From the NCBI GenBank assembly GCA_016296505.1, contig JAEDJD010000010.1, forward strand, positions 18,119-82,118: DNA of 64,000 bases, given 5' to 3'. The position numbers and the translations under genes are program-made. The notes under the pieces were generated by a model, which was not told where the DNA came from, ran no database searches, and saw nothing but the letters and a program-made list of their open reading frames with translations. Positions 55,736 to 64,000 of the stretch are shown here, one piece after another. Origin of the DNA: Oscillospiraceae bacterium. GTDB lineage: Bacteria; Bacillota; Clostridia; Oscillospirales; Ruminococcaceae. Every line of letters starts with the position of its first letter. The first letter of the stretch is position 1.

Positions 55736-55782
55736 ACACTCCTTTGTGCATTCAGGGTAATTGTGCAAAGGAGTGTATTTTT
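55736..55782 (+). terminator. riboswitch expression platform: terminator hairpin that also sequesters the folT SD
   Basis: ACACTCCTTTGTGCA / TGTGCAAAGGAGTGT 15-bp stem (2 wobbles) followed by ATTTTT. The SD AAGGAG (55768-55773) is in the 3' arm. ATG at 55783. Confidence 0.7.
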
Positions 55783-56343
55783 ATGAAGAATTCCCGTACC
55801 GCTGCCGCATCCCTGAAGGATGTCCGCGTCCTCACAGTCATGGCGATGCTCGCCGCACTGAGCATCATTTTCGGAAAGTTTCTCGCGTTCAATGCAGGAC
55901 CTTTCCGCATCAGCTTTGAAAATCTGCCGATTCTCATGGCCGGTATGTTTCTGGGCGGTCCGGCAGGTTGCCTGACCGGCATTCTCGCAGATCTCATCGG
56001 CTGCCTGATGGTCGGCTATACGATTAACCCGATTATTACGATCGGTGCTGGCTGCATCGGATTGATCTCCGGTCTGATGTTCCGCAGAATCCCCTCGTTC
56101 GCTGTACCGCGTCTGCCCGAAGGACTGCTCCACAATCTTGTAACTGTGCTGTGTACGCATATATGCGGCTCTATGCTCATCAAGTCCGTCGGTTTGGCGC
56201 TCTATTATCATTATACGCTGCCGCAGATCGCGCTGCGTGTACCACTCTATCTCGTGATCGGAACGGTCGAATCGCTGCTCATTACCGTCCTGCTTTCCAA
56301 TAAGGCATTCGCCGCGCAGATCGAAAGGCTCGGCAGAAAATGA
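55783..56343 (+). CDS. folT: folate-family ECF transporter S component
   Basis: About 186 aa, 5-6 TM segments. 'LTVMAMLAALSIIFGKFLAF' is an S-component-like N-terminus. Context: THF riboswitch upstream and folC downstream. Confidence 0.75.
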   Translation: MKNSRTAAASLKDVRVLTVMAMLAALSIIFGKFLAFNAGPFRISFENLPILMAGMFLGGPAGCLTGILADLIGCLMVGYTINPIITIGAGCIGLISGLMFRRIPSFAVPRLPEGLLHNLVTVLCTHICGSMLIKSVGLALYYHYTLPQIALRVPLYLVIGTVESLLITVLLSNKAFAAQIERLGRK

Positions 56344-57614
56344 ATGACGCCGAAGCAATCGCGTATCTCAAAGCGGCTGCCGGACGCGGCTATAAGCTTG
56401 GACTGGAACGCGTCACGGAACTGATCAAACGCCTCGGCAATCCGCAGAAGCAAATGCAGATTATCCATATCGCCGGCACGAACGGCAAAGGATCCGTTGG
56501 AGCGATGCTCGCTTCGGTTTTACAAGCTGCCGGATACAAAACCGGACACTTTGCCTCTCCTGCGCTCTGCTCACCGCATGAATACTTCCGGATAGGCGGC
56601 AAAACCGCTTCACCACAGCAGTTTGCGCAAACGCTGACGACGGTTCAGGAGCAGGCGGAACAGATGTCCGATCTCCCCACAGAATTTGAAATCATCGCCG
56701 CGGCTGCCTATCAGATGTTTGCAGCGGAACACTGCGAATACGCCGTGATCGAATGCTGTATGGGCGGCGACAGCGACTGTACCAATATCATCGAAAAACC
56801 CCTGCTTTCCATAATCACAAATGTCCGGAAAGATCACTGCGCATATCTCGGCAATACGCTGCAGGAAATCGCCGCGCACAAAGCAGGCGTTATCAAACCA
56901 AACCGTCCGGTTCTGGCAGGCTGTCGGAACAAAGCGGTTCTGAATGTGATCCGTGATACGGCAAAAAAACTGCATTCGCCGCTGTATCAGCCGGATGAAA
57001 CACTCGAAATTACGAATATGACGCCGGAAGGTACGGACTGTATCAGTCGGGAATACGGCGCGCTGCGGCTTGGTCTTTCCGGCGCCTATCAGCCGGAAAA
57101 TGCGGCAACCGTCCTGAAAGCAATTTCCATGCTGCGTGAACAGGGTGTGCAAATTCCAGAGAACGCAGTCCGATATGGTCTTGCGGAATGCCGCTGGGCT
57201 GCGCGCATGGAGGTGCTGCACAGAAATCCCTATGTGATCTTCGACGGCGCGCACAATCCTGATGGGATGCAGAAAGCCGCTGAAACACTGAAGCACTGCT
57301 TCGGCGCAAATCATTCTCTGACCTTTGTGATCGGCGTGATGGCAGATAAGGAATATGAACAATATCCGGCGCTGCTTTCCCAGCTCGCCGCGAAAATTTA
57401 TACCATAACGCCGGACAATCCGCGCGCACTGGACGCAAATAAGCTTGCAAATGTATTCTCATCGGCTGGTATTCCGGCAGATGCCTGCAAATCCGTCGAG
57501 GACGCCGTCCATGCGGCGCTCGATACCGGAAACAACGTCGTCGGTCTCGGCTCGCTATATTATTACTGCGCATTTCGCAATGCAGCAGAAAATCTGATAA
57601 AAGAAGGAAGCTAA
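56340..57614 (+). CDS. folC: bifunctional folylpolyglutamate synthase / dihydrofolate synthase
   Basis: 'IHIAGTNGKGS' P-loop. Mur-ligase family layout. 424 aa. Confidence 0.9.
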   Translation: MNDAEAIAYLKAAAGRGYKLGLERVTELIKRLGNPQKQMQIIHIAGTNGKGSVGAMLASVLQAAGYKTGHFASPALCSPHEYFRIGGKTASPQQFAQTLTTVQEQAEQMSDLPTEFEIIAAAAYQMFAAEHCEYAVIECCMGGDSDCTNIIEKPLLSIITNVRKDHCAYLGNTLQEIAAHKAGVIKPNRPVLAGCRNKAVLNVIRDTAKKLHSPLYQPDETLEITNMTPEGTDCISREYGALRLGLSGAYQPENAATVLKAISMLREQGVQIPENAVRYGLAECRWAARMEVLHRNPYVIFDGAHNPDGMQKAAETLKHCFGANHSLTFVIGVMADKEYEQYPALLSQLAAKIYTITPDNPRALDANKLANVFSSAGIPADACKSVEDAVHAALDTGNNVVGLGSLYYYCAFRNAAENLIKEGS

Positions 57615-57615
57615 T

Positions 57616-58443
57616 ATGTCTACACAGATCAAACTCGGATTTCTCGGCGCCGGCAATATGGGCGCTGCAATGATGCGCGGCATTGCTGCGTCTGAGCTAT
57701 GCAAATCCGGTGTAATCACGCAGATTTTCGCCTTTGATACGGACGCGGAAAAATGCCAAGCGCTCGCTGATGTCGGCATTCAGCCCTGCGAATCTGCACA
57801 GACACTCTGCGATACCGTGGATTATCTTGTCCTTGCCGTGAAGCCGCAGGTGCTCGGCAGCGTGCTGGATACGCTGACGCTCCGCAGCGAACAGGTCGTT
57901 ATCTCGATCTGTGCTGGAATTTCCGCGGAATTCATTCGCAGCCACACGATTTCCAATGCGCGTATCATCCTCTGTATGCCGAATACACCGCTGATGCTTG
58001 GTCACGGTGCAACCGCGCTAGCAAAATGCAGCGGCATCACAGACGCAGAATTCTCGATTGCTATGCAGATGTTCGCAACCTGCGGCATCGCCGAAGAAAT
58101 TCCGGAAACCAAAATGCGGGAAATCATCGCAGTCAACAGTTCCAGTCCTGCGTTTCTTTATTTATATGCCAAGGGATTTCTGGATTTTGCGAAAAACGAA
58201 GGGCTTGACGACGGCGCCGCCCTGCGCCTCTTTACGCAGGCAATGATCGGCTCGGCAAAGATGATGACCGATTCCGGATACACGATTGACGAACTCATCA
58301 AAATGGTCTCCTCACCGGGCGGCACAACGCTTGCCGGTCTCGATCAGCTTTATCAGGGAGAATTGACCGAAACGGTCAGCCGCTGCTGCGATGCCTGCAC
58401 AACACGCGCCTACGAGCTTGCCGGTGCAGAACGAAAGAAATAA
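57616..58443 (+). CDS. proC: pyrroline-5-carboxylate reductase
   Basis: 'LGFLGAGNMGAAM' Rossmann motif and C-terminal 'SPGGTT.AGL'. Confidence 0.9.
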   Translation: MSTQIKLGFLGAGNMGAAMMRGIAASELCKSGVITQIFAFDTDAEKCQALADVGIQPCESAQTLCDTVDYLVLAVKPQVLGSVLDTLTLRSEQVVISICAGISAEFIRSHTISNARIILCMPNTPLMLGHGATALAKCSGITDAEFSIAMQMFATCGIAEEIPETKMREIIAVNSSSPAFLYLYAKGFLDFAKNEGLDDGAALRLFTQAMIGSAKMMTDSGYTIDELIKMVSSPGGTTLAGLDQLYQGELTETVSRCCDACTTRAYELAGAERKK

Positions 58444-58505
58444 TCTCCGAACAGACAGACATATTTTGCATCTCTGCCGCATATGGTAATCTCGGAGGGA
58501 TGCGT

Positions 58506-59147
58506 ATGAAACCAATGCACGATTTGCTGTATCACACGATGTCTGCGCGGACAAGTCTTCTCAAAGAAGCGTTTTTCCGCAAGCCTGATCCGATCCGGTT
58601 GCTGACCTTCTGGGCATTACTTGGCGTCGGACTCGGAACAATGCTTTCGAGCGCGGTTCCTGCTTGTACGGAACATTTTATTCTGACGCAGGGGCTGCTG
58701 CTGTCCGACGCGGCAAGATCGCTTGGGGATGTTCTGCGTACAGCGCTCTGTCCCCTGCTGATTCTGCTGACAGGCGTTTGGCTAAGCGGATTTTCCGCAT
58801 TTGGTCAGCCGGTGGCAATGCTTCTGCTGCTCTCACGCGGCGCTGCATTTGGAATTGCGGCAGGCGCGTGTTTATCAGAATATCCGCTGCGAGACGCAGT
58901 ATGCATCTGTATGGTACTGCTGCTCCCCTACAGCTTTTGCAGTATTCTGCTGCTATGCTATGCGACGCGCGACGCCATCAGGCTCTCCAATCGCATGACA
59001 GGTTATCTGCTGCGCGGCCATGCTGCGGCAGAGGACAATACCGATGACAGACTCAGTTCCATGCTTGCCTGTCTCCTGCTGGCGCTGCTTGCAGGCGGTA
59101 TGCACACGCTTCTGCTCTGGCTGTTCAACGATATGCTGCTTGTATAA
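58506..59147 (+). CDS. polytopic membrane protein, possibly SpoIIM-like
   Basis: About 213 aa, 5 predicted TM segments. Size and topology resemble stage II sporulation protein M, but no diagnostic motif is seen. Start at the second ATG (SD GGAGGG 6 nt upstream). Confidence 0.35.
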   Translation: MKPMHDLLYHTMSARTSLLKEAFFRKPDPIRLLTFWALLGVGLGTMLSSAVPACTEHFILTQGLLLSDAARSLGDVLRTALCPLLILLTGVWLSGFSAFGQPVAMLLLLSRGAAFGIAAGACLSEYPLRDAVCICMVLLLPYSFCSILLLCYATRDAIRLSNRMTGYLLRGHAAAEDNTDDRLSSMLACLLLALLAGGMHTLLLWLFNDMLLV

Positions 59148-59172
59148 AATACGTCGAAAGGATGTGTAACCC

Positions 59173-60084
59173 TTGGGACTTTTTCATAATTATCAGAATA
59201 CCGGTCCCGGAATTGACCCGAACGCGCCGAAGAAAAAGCCGTTCTTCCGATTCTGGGAGCTGCTCCGCCGAAACTTCGGCAAAATTATGACGCTGAATAT
59301 GATTTATATGGCGCTGCATATGCCGCTGCTGCTTTCAGCGATTGTGTTCATAGAAACGAATAACAAATTCACAAACGCCATGACAATTTTCCTTCTGATT
59401 GTGCAATTTCTGATTGAAGGGCCGACGCTTGCAGGCTGTGCGCGCGTACAGCGGTTGATTGTACTGGACAAGGCGTTCTTCCTTGGCGAGGAATTCAAAA
59501 AGGGATTCGCGCAGAATTTTCGCGCAGCACTGCTATACTGGATTTTAGACGCGATTGTGATTGCGTCCGCAACCGCCGGATATCATGTATATCCGCAGCT
59601 TGCCAAGCAGACCGGCAGCAAAGCCTTTTATATCATATACGGTATCTCACTTGCGGTCGCAGCGATTCTGCTGTTCATGAATTACTATATCATGGCATTG
59701 CAGGCAGCAACCACGCTCAAACCGAAAACGGTTCTGAAGAATTCGTTCATGCTTGTGGGATTATCGTTAAAAGAATGTCTCCTAACAACCGTCTGTGCGG
59801 CGCTCATGCTCGGTCTTTTAGTCCTGCTGATACAGATTAACAGTTTATTTATGTTTCTGCTTGCATTTTATCCGGCAGCCATCATTGGATATCTTGTCAT
59901 GTTTGTGCATTATCCGGTGATTCAGAATTACGTTATCAATCCGTATTACGAGGATACGGGAGAGAAAAATCCGGAAGCAGAGGATTTCGCAGCGGACGAC
60001 GAAACACGCGTCTTTACCGATCGCGGCAGCAGCGAAAAGCCGATCCAAAAGGAATCCGGTAAAAAAGGAACGACAATTTCCTGA
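59173..60084 (+). CDS. YesL/DUF624-family membrane protein
   Basis: TTG start. The 'FFRFWELLRRNFGKIMTLNMIYMALHMPLLL' N-terminus is typical of DUF624. Confidence 0.6.
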   Translation: MGLFHNYQNTGPGIDPNAPKKKPFFRFWELLRRNFGKIMTLNMIYMALHMPLLLSAIVFIETNNKFTNAMTIFLLIVQFLIEGPTLAGCARVQRLIVLDKAFFLGEEFKKGFAQNFRAALLYWILDAIVIASATAGYHVYPQLAKQTGSKAFYIIYGISLAVAAILLFMNYYIMALQAATTLKPKTVLKNSFMLVGLSLKECLLTTVCAALMLGLLVLLIQINSLFMFLLAFYPAAIIGYLVMFVHYPVIQNYVINPYYEDTGEKNPEAEDFAADDETRVFTDRGSSEKPIQKESGKKGTTIS

Positions 60085-60098
60085 TATATCAAAAACGA

Positions 60099-60131
60099 AA
60101 GCCGTGAATCACAGCAGATTCACGGCTTTTA
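60099..60131. terminator. bidirectional terminator
   Basis: AAGCCGTGAATC / GATTCACGGCTT stem followed by TTTT; A-run upstream. Confidence 0.7.
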
Positions 60132-60136
60132 TTGAT

Positions 60137-60643
60137 TTATTTTCCAGCAGTATCGGCTGGAGTATTTTTTTTGCGGAAGACAAGCAGCCTGCTGAATATA
60201 TAATTCAGCGCAAAGATGATGAACTGTGATAGAATCACCATAGCATTATAATTCCAACCGAAGATCGTCGGCAGCAGCATGATGCCCCATTCCAGAAAGA
60301 ACGTGAATCCGCGTGCACCGAAAAAGGTCGCTGCTTCACGCAGCACATCGGATTTCTCCGTGCTTTCGCTGTAGAACACGTATTTCTTGTTGACGACAAA
60401 GGCGAATATCGCACTGATAATCCATGAGATCGCTGTATTGATCGAATTTGGGATCTTCTGCGTCGCAACCGACAAGCCGACAAGCAGGAACAGCCATTTG
60501 CCGATAAACTTGGTGAGAATTGAAATCAGCGTCGTCCACGCGCCGTAATAGCAGTAACGCATGGCGTGTTCGTATTTGTCGCAGAGATTTTTCAGCGGCT
60601 TCGGCAACAGCTTCACGACAAACAGCAGCAGTTTTTCCAGCAT
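60137..60643 (-). CDS. GtrA-family membrane protein
   Basis: 168 aa, 4 TM segments. 'RYCYYGAWTTLISIL...FVVNKKYVF....' pattern of GtrA-like proteins. Confidence 0.75.
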   Translation of the reverse strand: MLEKLLLFVVKLLPKPLKNLCDKYEHAMRYCYYGAWTTLISILTKFIGKWLFLLVGLSVATQKIPNSINTAISWIISAIFAFVVNKKYVFYSESTEKSDVLREAATFFGARGFTFFLEWGIMLLPTIFGWNYNAMVILSQFIIFALNYIFSRLLVFRKKNTPADTAGK

Positions 60644-60664
60644 AGTATTTTGATTCCCTTCCCG

Positions 60665-62590
60665 TTAATCCAGCTCAAACGCGCCGGTATAAAGCTGATA
60701 ATAGGTACCCTTCTTTTCGAGCAGAGACTCATGGCTGCCGCGCTCGATAATTTTGCCGTGATCAAGTACCATAATGACATCGGAATTCTTGACGGTTGAC
60801 AAGCGGTGCGCAATGACAAAGACGGTTCTGCCTTTCATCAAAGCGTCCATGCCGCGCTGCACGATTGCTTCGGTACGCGTATCAATCGAGGAAGTTGCTT
60901 CATCGAGAATCATGACCGGCGGATCTGCAACCGCAGCACGTGCAATCGCGATCAGCTGACGCTGTCCCTGCGAAAGATTTGCGCCATTGCCGCTGAGAAG
61001 CGTATCATAGCCATCCGGAAGACGAGTAATGAAATCATCCGCACCTGCGAGTTTTGCCGCAGCAACGCATTCCGCATCGGTTGCGTCCAGTCTGCCATAG
61101 CGAATATTCTCCATGACAGAGCCGGTAAAGAGATTGGTCTCCTGCAAGACAATGCCGAGCGAGCGACGCAGATCGGTTTTTTTGATTTTATTGATATTGA
61201 TGCCGTCATAGCGAATCTTGCCGTCTGCGATATCGTAGAAACGGTTAATCAGGTTTGTGATCGTGGTTTTACCGGCACCCGTTGCACCAACAAAAGCAAC
61301 CTTCTGTCCGGGCTTTGCGAACACCGTGACATCGTGCAGAACGTCCTTGCCCTCCTCGTAAGCAAAATCGACGCTATCCAGCGTGACCTCGCCGCGCAGG
61401 GGCGTATATGTGATCGTACCGTCTGCGGTATGCGGATGCTTCCAAGCCCATTCATGCGTAATTTCATCGGATTCTGTCACAGTACCGTCAGCGGCAGTCC
61501 GGACATTCACCATAGTTACATAGCCATCGTCGGCTTCCGGCGCTTCGTCAATCAGTGCAAAGACGCGCTCCGCACCGGCAACTGCCATTACAACCGAATT
61601 GATCTGCTGCGTCACCTGATTCAGATTACCGGTAAACTGCTTGGTCATATTGAGGAACGGCACGACGATACTGATGCTGAGCGGCAATCCGGAGAGTGAT
61701 AAATTCGGCGCATGGGTCAGCAAAAGCACGCCGCCGATTGTTGCGATGATAACATACAGTACATTTCCGATATTCATGATAATCGGAACCAACGCATTTG
61801 CATAAGCGTTTGCGCGGTACATATCCTCATAGAGAGCATCGTTTACCTCGTCAAAGTCCTTTTGCGTTTTCGCCTCATGGCAGAATACCTGTACGACTTT
61901 CTGACCGTGCATCATCTCCTGTACAAAGCCCTCGGTCTTGCCGACCGCCGCCTGCTGCCGGATAAAGTATTTTGCTGAGCCGCCGCCAATCTTCTTGGAA
62001 ACCATGAGCATCGCAAATACACCCGCCAGAACAACCAGCGTCAGCCATACGCTGTAATACAGCATGATCGCAAAGACGCACACGACAACTGAGCCAGCCT
62101 GTATGAGAGAGGGCAGCGCCTGCGATATCATCTGTCGCAATGTGTCGATATCATTTGTATAATGGCTCATGATATCGCCATGCTTATGCGTGTCAAAATA
62201 GCGAATGGGAAGATTCTGCATACTGTCAAACAGCTTACAGCGCATTTTATTCAGGAAGCCGTGCGTCATGATTGCGACAAGCTGCTGCCAGAGCGTAATG
62301 CACATAATAGACAACACATAGAGGGTAATCAGCACGCCGACCTTCGGATATATGACTGCTTTTGCAGATTCCCAGTCTCCGCTGACGGAATACGTCTGGA
62401 TATCGGCAATCACCTTTTGCAGGAAGATCGCCGGAACGGACGATGTAGCTGATGAAAACAGAATACAAACAAACGTAACAGGTAAAAGCTTAGGATAAAA
62501 CTGTTTCAGCAAACCCAAAACCCGTCGAATAGATTTGAGGGCGTCGCCTGGTTTGCGCGGTGCGCCGTAGCCTTTTGTATTACGCGGCAT
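60665..62590 (-). CDS. ABC transporter, fused permease/ATP-binding (type I exporter)
   Basis: 6-TM domain plus an NBD with Walker A 'GATGAGKTT', signature 'LSQGQRQL' and Walker B 'ILDEATS'. Start at ATG 62590 (SD GGAGGTG), overlapping the upstream partner by 11 nt. Confidence 0.9.
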   Translation of the reverse strand: MPRNTKGYGAPRKPGDALKSIRRVLGLLKQFYPKLLPVTFVCILFSSATSSVPAIFLQKVIADIQTYSVSGDWESAKAVIYPKVGVLITLYVLSIMCITLWQQLVAIMTHGFLNKMRCKLFDSMQNLPIRYFDTHKHGDIMSHYTNDIDTLRQMISQALPSLIQAGSVVVCVFAIMLYYSVWLTLVVLAGVFAMLMVSKKIGGGSAKYFIRQQAAVGKTEGFVQEMMHGQKVVQVFCHEAKTQKDFDEVNDALYEDMYRANAYANALVPIIMNIGNVLYVIIATIGGVLLLTHAPNLSLSGLPLSISIVVPFLNMTKQFTGNLNQVTQQINSVVMAVAGAERVFALIDEAPEADDGYVTMVNVRTAADGTVTESDEITHEWAWKHPHTADGTITYTPLRGEVTLDSVDFAYEEGKDVLHDVTVFAKPGQKVAFVGATGAGKTTITNLINRFYDIADGKIRYDGININKIKKTDLRRSLGIVLQETNLFTGSVMENIRYGRLDATDAECVAAAKLAGADDFITRLPDGYDTLLSGNGANLSQGQRQLIAIARAAVADPPVMILDEATSSIDTRTEAIVQRGMDALMKGRTVFVIAHRLSTVKNSDVIMVLDHGKIIERGSHESLLEKKGTYYQLYTGAFELD

Positions 62591-64000
62591 CGTTGTCACC
62601 TCCGTTCGTCTGCTGCTCATAGACCTCGCGATAGATTTCACTGGTCTGCATCAATTCATCATGCGTACCCACAGAAGCGATTCTGCCGTTTTCCATCACA
62701 AGAATGAGATCTGCGTCCTGTACGGATGCAATTCGCTGGGCAATAATAATCTTCGTTGTCTCAGGGATAAACTTGCGGAAGCCGGCGCGGATAAAAGCGT
62801 CTGTTTTCGTATCGACCGCGCTCGTAGAATCATCCAGAATAAGGATCTTCGGTTTTTTTAGCAGTGCGCGCGCAATACAAAGGCGCTGCTTTTGACCGCC
62901 GGAGACATTTGTGCCGCCCTGTTCAATCATGGTGTCATATCCTTCCGGAAACGCGCTGACGAAGTCATGCGCCTGCGAGAGCGTACAGGCTTCAATCAAA
63001 TCTGCGTCCGACGCGTCCGCATTGCCCCAACGCAGATTTTCACGGATCGTACCGGAAAACAGCACATTTTTCTGCAATACCATAGCGACGGCATCGCGCA
63101 GTACATTGAGATCATAGTTGCGGACATCTACGCCGCCCACCTTGACGCTGCCCTCCGTTGCGTCATAAAGCCGCGGGATGAGCTGGACAAAGGTTGATTT
63201 ACCGGAGCCGGTACCGCCGATGATACCGACGGTCGCACCCGATGGGATTTTGATATCCACATCCGACAACGCAAATTTCTTTGCTTTCTGCGAATATTTA
63301 AAGCTGACGTTTTCAAAGACGATGCTGCCATCCGCAACCATTTCGCAGGCGTTTTCCGGATTATGGATATCCGCTTCCTCCTGCAGCACCTCGGAAATAC
63401 GCTTGACGGACTCGGCGGTCATGGTCAGCATCACATAGATCATTGAGAGCATCATAAGCTGCATGAGAATCTGGAAGCCATAGGTCAGCATACTGGACAT
63501 TTCACCGACATTGATTTCGCTTTCGCCATTGATAATAATTTTAGAACCGACAAGCAGAATGAACGCCATATTGAAATAGAGACAGATCTGCATGATCGGG
63601 CCGTTCAGTGCAACGATACGCTCTGCCTTTGTGAAATCGGCGCAAATATCCTCGGCAGCGGTATGGAATTTTTTCTTTTCATATTCCTCACGCGAAAAGC
63701 CCTTGACAACGCGCATACCGCGGACATTTTCTTCAATGGATTCATTCAGGCGGTCGTACTTCCGGAAAACGCGGTGGAATGCCGGCATCGCGTACTTTGC
63801 GATCACAAGCAGACCGCAGACCAAAACCGGAATGACAACCACAAATGTACCTGCAAGCTTGCCGCCCATGATATACGCCATAATGATCGAGAAAATCAAC
63901 ATCAGCGGCGCACGCACTGCAATACGAATCATCATCATAAACGCCATCTGTACATTATTGATATCAGTTGTCAGACGCGTGACAAGCGATGACGATGAGA
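62580..64000 (-). CDS. ABC transporter, fused permease/ATP-binding (heterodimer partner; 5' end outside window)
   Basis: Walker A 'GGTGSGKST', signature 'VSGGQKQRL', Walker B 'ILDDSTSAVD'. The frame is still open at base 64000. Confidence 0.9.
   Translation of the reverse strand, partial: SSSSLVTRLTTDINNVQMAFMMMIRIAVRAPLMLIFSIIMAYIMGGKLAGTFVVVIPVLVCGLLVIAKYAMPAFHRVFRKYDRLNESIEENVRGMRVVKGFSREEYEKKKFHTAAEDICADFTKAERIVALNGPIMQICLYFNMAFILLVGSKIIINGESEINVGEMSSMLTYGFQILMQLMMLSMIYVMLTMTAESVKRISEVLQEEADIHNPENACEMVADGSIVFENVSFKYSQKAKKFALSDVDIKIPSGATVGIIGGTGSGKSTFVQLIPRLYDATEGSVKVGGVDVRNYDLNVLRDAVAMVLQKNVLFSGTIRENLRWGNADASDADLIEACTLSQAHDFVSAFPEGYDTMIEQGGTNVSGGQKQRLCIARALLKKPKILILDDSTSAVDTKTDAFIRAGFRKFIPETTKIIIAQRIASVQDADLILVMENGRIASVGTHDELMQTSEIYREVYEQQTNGGDNDAA

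Noticed and set aside
55552-56358. 268-aa minus-strand ORF overlapping the riboswitch and folT.
   Set aside because: It is antisense to a riboswitch-controlled S-component gene with clear TM helices. It shows no domain signature.
1-64000. Scan for CRISPR arrays, tRNA/rRNA genes, integrases/transposases and recognisable defence systems.
   Set aside because: I saw no regularly spaced repeat array, no tRNA-like T-arm (GGTTCGAAT-type) in the intergenic regions, no rRNA, and no recombinase or defence-gene motifs. The only restriction-modification-related piece is the dead methyltransferase fragment.

Overview
This 64-kb window looks like part of a Clostridia chromosome, probably a cellulosome-producing Ruminococcus/Oscillospiraceae-like organism. 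That guess rests on Ruminococcus-style dockerins on a GH9 cellulase, a PL10 pectate lyase and an unknown protein, on Thr-rich linkers, and on spoIIID. It is an inference, not a database hit.

The window has two parts.

(A) About 1-16.6 kb is an AT-richer accessory patchwork:
- a partial GNAT gene;
- a pair of short chromate-transporter genes bracketed by a 22-bp direct repeat;
- a decayed Tn1549/CTn-type ICE remnant (PcfB, VirD4 coupling protein, Maff2, truncated VirB6-like gene) that collides head-on with a C5-methyltransferase fragment;
- a 5.2-kb block flanked by 80-bp direct repeats, holding a trkH-trkA-(small ORF)-short KdpD-like kinase-KdpE-like regulator operon preceded by helically phased GTTAA repeats;
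- an orphan ribbon-helix-helix gene with a consensus promoter;
- an ArsR-controlled operon (C_GCAxxG_C_C protein, ArsP-like CxC permease, thioredoxin-fold protein with a poly-Cys extension);
- a LytTR + DUF3021 regulatory pair that appears co-transcribed with a secreted dockerin/SH3b protein of unknown function.

(B) About 16.7-64 kb is GC-richer core genome:
- ACT/UPF0210 pair, GH3 lipoprotein, rpsU, leuS, rsfS, LCP, yqeK, nadD, yhbY, rdgB, ftsY, smc, rnc, plsX, trmFO, topA, dprA;
- the infC-rpmI-rplT operon, with an AUU start and a leader attenuator;
- PL10-dockerin, a GGDEF sensor, nnr, CBM4-Ig-GH9-dockerin and an SSS transporter;
- a 309-bp MITE-like element, spoIIID and pfkA;
- a THF riboswitch upstream of folT-folC-proC, membrane proteins and two ABC exporter genes.

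I found no rRNA, tRNA or CRISPR array. The best candidate for something undescribed is the LytTR/DUF3021/dockerin-SH3b operon (12.85-16.6 kb). All family calls come from motif recognition by eye. Coordinates of small sites were counted by hand.
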